A program made the translations under genes and the position numbers. DNA of 53,565 bases. Source: a virus. The notes under the pieces are model-generated. The model was given only the letters and a program-made list of their open reading frames with translations, was not told where the DNA came from and did not search any database. Where the stretch lies: the IMG/VR virus record IMGVR_UViG_3300030463_000010. One strand, written 5' to 3'. Each line of letters begins with the position of its first letter. The stretch's first letter is position 1. Below are positions 48,957 through 53,565 of this stretch, piece by piece.

Positions 48957-49261
48957 CTAAAGAAGAATACGAAAAGAAAATTGCGGCATTGGAACCACTG
49001 GACGATGAGAAGCGGAAAAGCGTGACCTGTGCGCTCCTTGGGCATAGCCATATTACCACAGGTTTCTTCGGGTATGTCTACTGTGCACGGTGTGGAGAAC
49101 AAATTGGGGATGTTCTGGGCGGCTGTTTTTATGACCCACTGGAAGTCCGTGTAGGTCATAACTGCCCGATATGCAGAGCCAACTATGAGAAATTGGGATG
49201 GGAGGACAAAATCCTGACCCCTGACCCGTTTGCGGATGAGAACGGCGGAGGTGCCCAATGA
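48953..49261 (+). CDS. hypothetical zinc-binding protein (102 aa)
   Basis: CARCG...CPIC. Confidence 0.55.
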   Translation: MTKEEYEKKIAALEPLDDEKRKSVTCALLGHSHITTGFFGYVYCARCGEQIGDVLGGCFYDPLEVRVGHNCPICRANYEKLGWEDKILTPDPFADENGGGAQ

Positions 49262-49578
49262 GCGAAGTCATCATTACCAAAACATGGGGACATGAAGATG
49301 ACCAGCAGGCAAAAGCCGACGCGGGGAAGCCTCGCCCCACGCTGGTCCCTGTCTCCCTGATCGAGGCTGTGACGGCGGTCCGAATGTACGGGAACGAAAA
49401 GTACCACGACCCGGAGAATTGGCGGCAGGTGGAGCCGCAGCGATATCAGGATGCTTTGTACCGGCACTGGCTGTCCTATCTCAAGGGGGAGCAATGCGAT
49501 CCGGAAAGCGGCCTGCCTCACCTGTGGCATCTGGCTTGTAATGCGGCATTTTTGATTGAGATGGAGGGCAAAGAATGA
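49258..49578 (+). CDS. dATP/dGTP pyrophosphohydrolase-like (DUF5664/MazG-like) protein
   Basis: 106 aa. KADAGKPRPTLVP...YGNEKYHDPENW...RHWLSY...DPESGLPHLWHLACNAAF. Confidence 0.65.
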   Translation: MSEVIITKTWGHEDDQQAKADAGKPRPTLVPVSLIEAVTAVRMYGNEKYHDPENWRQVEPQRYQDALYRHWLSYLKGEQCDPESGLPHLWHLACNAAFLIEMEGKE

Positions 49579-50054
49579 GAGATATCCTTTTCAAAGCCAA
49601 GCGGCTGAGTGATGGCGAATGGGTAGAAGGATTCCCGTACTGGGGAGAATACAGTGTGGCATTTATCCTTCAAAACAAGGCTTACAGACGTAGGAACGCA
49701 CGAACAGGTGAAATTTCAATGGGTGATGATATCGTACCGATTGAGGTTGACCCCTCCACGGTCTGCCAGTACACCAACATCGACACACGGCGGGAAGCGT
49801 GGCCGTCATCCGAAGTACACAAAATTTTTACTGGCGACTACCTCGGAGAATGGGGAACGGATGAGGATGGTAACGAGTGTGTTTGCATCCTCGGCGTTGT
49901 GACCTATTGGGAGAGCGAAGGACGCTATGTGCTGACAGATGAAAATGGCCTGTGTAACGACTGGACGCTGGAGGACGAGGCGAAACCGGAAAACTGGCCG
50001 AACCTGATTCACTGCGGCTCCATCCACGACGGGGAGGGCGGACAGTGTGAGTGA
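49575..50054 (+). CDS. YopX-family protein
   Basis: 159 aa. MRDILFKAKRLSDGEWVEGFPYW. Confidence 0.7.
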   Translation: MRDILFKAKRLSDGEWVEGFPYWGEYSVAFILQNKAYRRRNARTGEISMGDDIVPIEVDPSTVCQYTNIDTRREAWPSSEVHKIFTGDYLGEWGTDEDGNECVCILGVVTYWESEGRYVLTDENGLCNDWTLEDEAKPENWPNLIHCGSIHDGEGGQCE

Positions 50055-50265
50055 GTGGATCAGCGTCAAGGAGAGGCTGCCAGAAGTTGCCGGAGAATAT
50101 CTTGTCGTCTACCATCCCTGCTACTGGGACGATGTGAAAGAAGATCTGCGCGTTGGTATTGATTCGTTTCGGGGAAAAACGGCATGGGCAAAGAAAAAAT
50201 ATCAGCGTGTCACCCACTGGATGCCCCTCCCCGAACCACCAAAGGAGAATCAGCAGCATGAGTAA
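50047..50265 (+). CDS. DUF551-like protein
   Basis: 72 aa. WISVKERLPE...VTHWMPLPEPP. Confidence 0.65.
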   Translation: MSEWISVKERLPEVAGEYLVVYHPCYWDDVKEDLRVGIDSFRGKTAWAKKKYQRVTHWMPLPEPPKENQQHE

Positions 50266-50539
50266 AAAAGTCAACCCCCGCAGACAGCCGGCGTCAAAGG
50301 CAGATGTAAAACGGGCTGAGCTTCGTGGGCGGGATGATGGCATCAAATTCGCAAGCGCTCTATTTTTGATGGCCCTGCGCGATAAGGAGGGCTTTGATCT
50401 GGAAGCTCTGCAAAAGGTCTGGAAAGAGGTTGGAGACTTGGCGGATAGCATTGCGGAAGGCTATTGCAACATCGAGGATTTACATACCGTCCTGGAGTCT
50501 GAAGTAGGCGCCAGAATTGTGGGAGGGATAGCCACATGA
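50258..50539 (+). CDS. hypothetical protein (93 aa)
   Basis: ATG at 50258, AAAGGAGAA RBS. Confidence 0.5.
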   Translation: MSKKVNPRRQPASKADVKRAELRGRDDGIKFASALFLMALRDKEGFDLEALQKVWKEVGDLADSIAEGYCNIEDLHTVLESEVGARIVGGIAT

Positions 50540-50673
50540 CCGAATGGTGTCTTGCCCATCCGTGGATGACCTTTTTCTTGCTAACATTTGCTCTGCTCGT
50601 CATCGACGAAATAGTATGCACGATTGCGAATGCCCTTGCAAACAAGAGCAGAGACAAACATGAGGAGGGATAG
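50536..50673 (+). CDS. small membrane protein (45 aa)
   Basis: ATGA overlap. WMTFFLLTFALLVIDEIV. Confidence 0.4.
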   Translation: MTEWCLAHPWMTFFLLTFALLVIDEIVCTIANALANKSRDKHEEG

Positions 50674-50712
50674 CCCTTGAATGAGTTCCCGGATAGGCTG
50701 AGGAGGTGAATT

Positions 50713-50931
50713 ATGCAGTACAATGAAATCTATCCTTTGCTAAAACATGCGATTAAGTGGCTTCAGGAAAACTATCCGCACGACACGTATTTTGTCATCA
50801 ACTCAAACAGCGCGACGATGTATCACAAAATGGGCATTTTTGCAATGAATGGAGTTGAGTCAGACAACGGAACAAACAAATATACGGCAGAACAGATATT
50901 GGAAATAACAAAGAAAGCATTTGAGGCTTGA
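50713..50931 (+). CDS. hypothetical protein (72 aa)
   Basis: GAGGAGGTG RBS. Confidence 0.6.
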   Translation: MQYNEIYPLLKHAIKWLQENYPHDTYFVINSNSATMYHKMGIFAMNGVESDNGTNKYTAEQILEITKKAFEA

Positions 50932-50956
50932 CAGGTTGGAAGTTCTATTGTATGAT
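50928..50956 (+). promoter_or_regulatory. sigma70-type promoter TTGACA-17-TATGAT upstream of the terS region
   Basis: Read directly. Confidence 0.55.
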
Positions 50957-51120
50957 ATAAAAGGGGATATATAAGAAAAAATGAGATATAGTAATCCTGC
51001 ATGGGAGCCTTACTTCAAAAACATCTCTCCTATCCTATCAAAACTCTACTTTCTGACCAACTCAGGGACTATCAGATACATTGTTGCGACTATGATCTTC
51101 AAGAAGAAGTTCTTTCTCGA

Positions 51121-51435
51121 ATGGAGGAACGAACATTGGACTTAACAAAATATGAAATGGAAACTATCTACAACTACAATCAGGAAGATCCTCTTGCCTC
51201 CTGCTACACGATGGACCGTGCCCTGATCCGCCGCTTAGATGTACTTGCCGAAAAACACAAAGAAATTACTTTACTTAGAAGTGGTGAAGGAATGAGGGAA
51301 TATACTTTCCCCAAGAAGTGGATTAAAGTCCGCGCTCCAAAGGAACTATCGGAAGAACAGCGGGAAAACATGGCAAAGAGAGCAAGAGAGAGGTTTGGGT
51401 TTGCGAAGGAAGGTGACAACTCTGAACAAGAATGA
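51121..51435 (+). CDS. hypothetical protein (104 aa) immediately upstream of terS (the usual position of late activators)
   Basis: First ATG with plausible context in the track ORF 51001-51435. No HTH recognised. Confidence 0.5.
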   Translation: MEERTLDLTKYEMETIYNYNQEDPLASCYTMDRALIRRLDVLAEKHKEITLLRSGEGMREYTFPKKWIKVRAPKELSEEQRENMAKRARERFGFAKEGDNSEQE

Positions 51436-51442
51436 TGCGACT

Positions 51443-51982
51443 ATGGAGCAGGGGAAGGAACTCGTTAAGCGGAAGATGAAACCCCGTGGTGGGAACTCTC
51501 CTGTGATTGGAGATAACGGCGTACATACCAAACCGGGTGACAACTCCAAGATTGCCGGGTTCCTTATGGAAGTCGGAAAGTGGGGCCCTGTTGATAAGTC
51601 CGATGTTCAGGCTATGGAAAAGCGATTTTGGGACTATGTTTCACTCTGCTTTGAAAGGGATGTTCGTGTCACAAACCAGGTAGCTTACTTTGCTATGGGT
51701 ATCACCCGCGATGATGTTTACGACTGGGAAAATGGACGTTCACGCAGTCCAGAACATTCCGCCCTCATTAAAAAAGTGAAGATTTTTTGTGGTTCTTACC
51801 GTGAAATGTTAGGGGCTGATGGCAAGCTCAACCCTGTTACTCTGGTCTGGTGGCAAAAGAACTATGACGGCCTTGTGGACAAGTCCGAAGTGGTGCTCAC
51901 GCCCAACAACCCGTTAGGGACTATTGCTGACCAAAAGCAGCTTGAAGAGCGGATCGCCGGCTCTGTGGTGGTGGAGGAGTAA
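51443..51982 (+). CDS. terS: terminase small subunit
   Basis: 179 aa. ...VAYFAMGITRDDVYDWENG... (HTH-like) and NPVTLVWWQKNYDGLVDK, typical of TerS. Start is uncertain (TTG 51395 is the alternative). Confidence 0.7.
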   Translation: MEQGKELVKRKMKPRGGNSPVIGDNGVHTKPGDNSKIAGFLMEVGKWGPVDKSDVQAMEKRFWDYVSLCFERDVRVTNQVAYFAMGITRDDVYDWENGRSRSPEHSALIKKVKIFCGSYREMLGADGKLNPVTLVWWQKNYDGLVDKSEVVLTPNNPLGTIADQKQLEERIAGSVVVEE

Positions 51983-51983
51983 A

Positions 51984-52088
51984 CGACTATTAGCGACTAT
52001 TTCAGGAACTTTCTGGAAGTCAAACAACTATAAAACGACTTTTTGGAGGCTACGACTATGGATGAAACTCTGGAAGACCAGCGACTAT
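51984..52088 (+). repeat. CGACTAT repeat cluster (4 exact plus 2 near copies): candidate pac/TerS recognition region
   Basis: Exact copies at 51984, 51994, 52053 and 52082. Variants are CAACTAT at 52025 and CGACTTT at 52036. Confidence 0.55.
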
Positions 52089-52246
52089 GCCCGTTAATGG
52101 ATTTGGCCCGTGTGGTGGCTCTGGGCGCTTCCTGCGGGCGGGCCTCCGTCGAGTTGGAGGCCATCCAATGCAAAGGCGGCTCCTGCGCCTGGTGGGACGC
52201 TGACAAAAACTGTTGCGCCGTCCTCTCCCTGGCCCGGAACAAATGA
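52058..52246 (+). CDS. small Cys-rich protein (62 aa)
   Basis: GGAGG RBS. CPLMD...C...CKGGSCAWWD...CCAV. Confidence 0.55.
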   Translation: MDETLEDQRLCPLMDLARVVALGASCGRASVELEAIQCKGGSCAWWDADKNCCAVLSLARNK

Positions 52247-52251
52247 CAATG

Positions 52252-52290
52252 CCCCGGCTTGCTCCTGACGGAGTGGGCCGGGGTTGCTTT
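52252..52290 (+). terminator. terminator-like hairpin
   Basis: CCCCGGC (52252-52258) pairs with GCCGGGG (52277-52283), then TTGCTTT. Confidence 0.4.
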
Positions 52291-52382
52291 ATGCCTTGTG
52301 TGGCGCTGCGCGGGCCTCTGTACGGCGTTTTGTGGCGTGAGAATATAGGGACACTGCTAGAAGAAAAAATGCCGTGTAGAGC

Positions 52383-52415
52383 CTGTAAATGCTCTTTACA
52401 GCGGTTTTTCTTTTT
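52383..52415 (+). terminator. intrinsic terminator
   Basis: CTGTAAA-TGCTC-TTTACAG, then CGG and TTTTTCTTTTT. Confidence 0.55.
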
Positions 52416-52523
52416 GGGGCTTGTTCCGCTCTGCTGAACATGGGCGCAAAAATGACGCCTGCGGGCCACTGGAGGGCCTACAAGCGGCGGGGCGATGGCG
52501 TGGAGTATATAGGAGGCATGGGC

Positions 52524-52557
52524 AAGAGAAAACCCGCCCCAGAAAGCCCAGGACGGG
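52524..52557 (-). terminator. terminator of the minus-strand island operon
   Basis: On the minus strand, CCCGUCC...GGGCGGG (including G-U) is followed by UUUUCUCU. Confidence 0.45.
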
Positions 52558-52569
52558 CACTGGCGGTAT

Positions 52570-52635
52570 TCAAGATTTTTTCGCCGTCTCCCAGATAATC
52601 ATAATCGGGAGCAGCAGGATAAACAGAATAATCAA
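52570..52635 (-). CDS. 21-aa hydrophobic peptide (LIILFILLLPIMIIWETAKKS), speculative
   Basis: TTG start 8 nt after GGAGGTG. Last ORF before the minus-strand terminator. Confidence 0.3.
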   Translation of the reverse strand: MIILFILLLPIMIIWETAKKS

Positions 52636-52667
52636 GCGGGGGTCACCTCCATTCTCCGGCGGGCGGG

Positions 52668-52955
52668 TCAAAAGCGGGTGATTTCCTGCCCCTCGCTGGC
52701 CACGCAGGGAAGAAATGTTCCCAGGCGGGCCGGGTCTGTAAACAGGTTATAGCCGTCAATGCCCACGAACTGGGCAATTTCCACGACGTCCCCGTGTGCG
52801 TCCTTGTTGATGTAGCGGCGCAGGGTGTAGGCTCTGCCCTCGTAGATGTACCGCCCGCCGTCCTGATAGTAGGCGTTGGCCTCGTCCAGCGTGGCGGCGG
52901 CGATCTCGTCAACGGTCATTGTCAGCCGCCCGGCGGCGTCTCTGTATCGTTTCAT
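52668..52955 (-). CDS. hypothetical protein (95 aa)
   Basis: ATG with GGAGGG-like RBS. Co-oriented with the junction-spanning gene. Confidence 0.65.
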   Translation of the reverse strand: MKRYRDAAGRLTMTVDEIAAATLDEANAYYQDGGRYIYEGRAYTLRRYINKDAHGDVVEIAQFVGIDGYNLFTDPARLGTFLPCVASEGQEITRF

Positions 52956-52970
52956 CGTGCGGCCCTCCGT

Positions 52971-53565
52971 TTAGTAAAGTTCGGCGCTCTGCTTGCTATA
53001 TTCGCGCCGCGCGGCCATGTATGCGGCCCGCTGCACGTCGCTAAAGTTGCAGGCATCGAAAAACGCGTTGAGATCGTCGATATTTGCCACGCCGGAGCAG
53101 TTGCCGAAGCAAGAACACACGTCAAAATCGGCTTGCCAGTTTATACCGTATTCGTGATTAAACATCTCACGGAGAAATGCGTCTTTCCAGTATTCCGCAT
53201 GATCCTTTTCGGGCTCGGCTTTTTCAAGCGTGGAAAGAAGGCTTTCCCCGATTTTCACAAAATCAGCGTCCTTTTGGTCGTAGTACGCCATAAATACGGG
53301 GCTGAAAATCATAGTTTTGATTTTCTTTTTCAGTTTTTCCCGCTCCTGATCTGGGCCGCAGAAAAACATGGAAATGTGGTCCCGGCGCAGTCCGTAGTAA
53401 TTGCGGATGTAGTATTCTTTCGTTTGCTTGTCCTGGTAGTTGATTACTGTTTCCATCTCGTCGGCGGTAAATAGTTTTCTGCTGAGGCTGTCAAGGTAAA
53501 ATACCCGCAGTTCGTCGCGGCTCTTGTCCTTGTGGTGCAGTTCGTAGTCATCAGCGTATTTGATA
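52971..53565 (-). CDS. C-terminal part of the 250-aa junction-spanning hypothetical protein (same gene as 1-281)
   Basis: The frame is open to the window end and in phase with 1-281 through the 123-bp overlap. Confidence 0.7.
   Translation of the reverse strand, partial: IKYADDYELHHKDKSRDELRVFYLDSLSRKLFTADEMETVINYQDKQTKEYYIRNYYGLRRDHISMFFCGPDQEREKLKKKIKTMIFSPVFMAYYDQKDADFVKIGESLLSTLEKAEPEKDHAEYWKDAFLREMFNHEYGINWQADFDVCSCFGNCSGVANIDDLNAFFDACNFSDVQRAAYMAARREYSKQSAELY
53443..53565. repeat. Second copy of the 123-bp terminal overlap
   Basis: Identical to 1-123. Confidence 0.95.

Noticed and set aside
52794-53474. 226-aa plus-strand ORF, plus the short plus-strand ORFs at 52213-52681
   Set aside because: The long ORF is antisense to two minus-strand genes that have RBSs and cross the junction in frame. 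The region 52250-52660 contains terminators on both strands and no RBS-start pairs on the plus strand.
1-53565. CRISPR array, rRNA genes, transposase/IS elements
   Set aside because: No regularly spaced repeat-spacer array, no rRNA-like sequence and no DDE/IS-type transposase ORF was seen.

Overview
The window is a complete, circularly closed genome of a temperate siphovirus-type phage. Bases 1-123 repeat exactly at 53443-53565, so the unique length is 53,442 bp. Ribosome-binding sites, an XhlA/holin/amidase lysis cassette and an SLH-like endolysin tail point to a Gram-positive, Clostridia-like host; this is inference. Gene order is: small terminase (51.4 kb), an accessory island across the junction, large terminase, portal, head, head-tail and tail genes. 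A -1 frameshifted chaperone, a 1287-aa tape measure and a fibre cluster follow, then lysis, cargo genes, a candidate attP, a large serine integrase, the CI/Cro-like switch and recombination/replication genes. The conserved modules are ordinary. The interesting parts are the insertions between them.

- **Structured RNA locus (3655-4750):** about 1 kb of GC-rich, ORF-free sequence between terL and portal, behind its own near-consensus promoter. It holds two non-canonical tRNA-shaped modules and many GC helices, making it a candidate large ornate RNA (ROOL/GOLLD-like).
- **AGTGCC arrays:** a strand-specific heptad-repeat array sits in the 5' leaders of the portal, major tail and tape-measure genes only.
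- **terS-terL island:** the two terminase genes are separated by about 3.1 kb carrying terminators, divergent consensus promoters and a truncated large-serine-recombinase gene.
- **Tail-module island (13.3-16.1 kb):** an AT-richer insertion splits the tail chaperone from the tape measure.
- **Cargo operon (31.5-35.1 kb):** it encodes Cys-, Gly-, Tyr/Pro/Gln-rich proteins of unknown function next to a GNAT toxin-antitoxin pair.
- **Candidate cis sites:** pac repeats, origin iterons, attP and immunity operators are also reported.

All homology statements rest on recognising motifs by eye and need HMM or structure confirmation.
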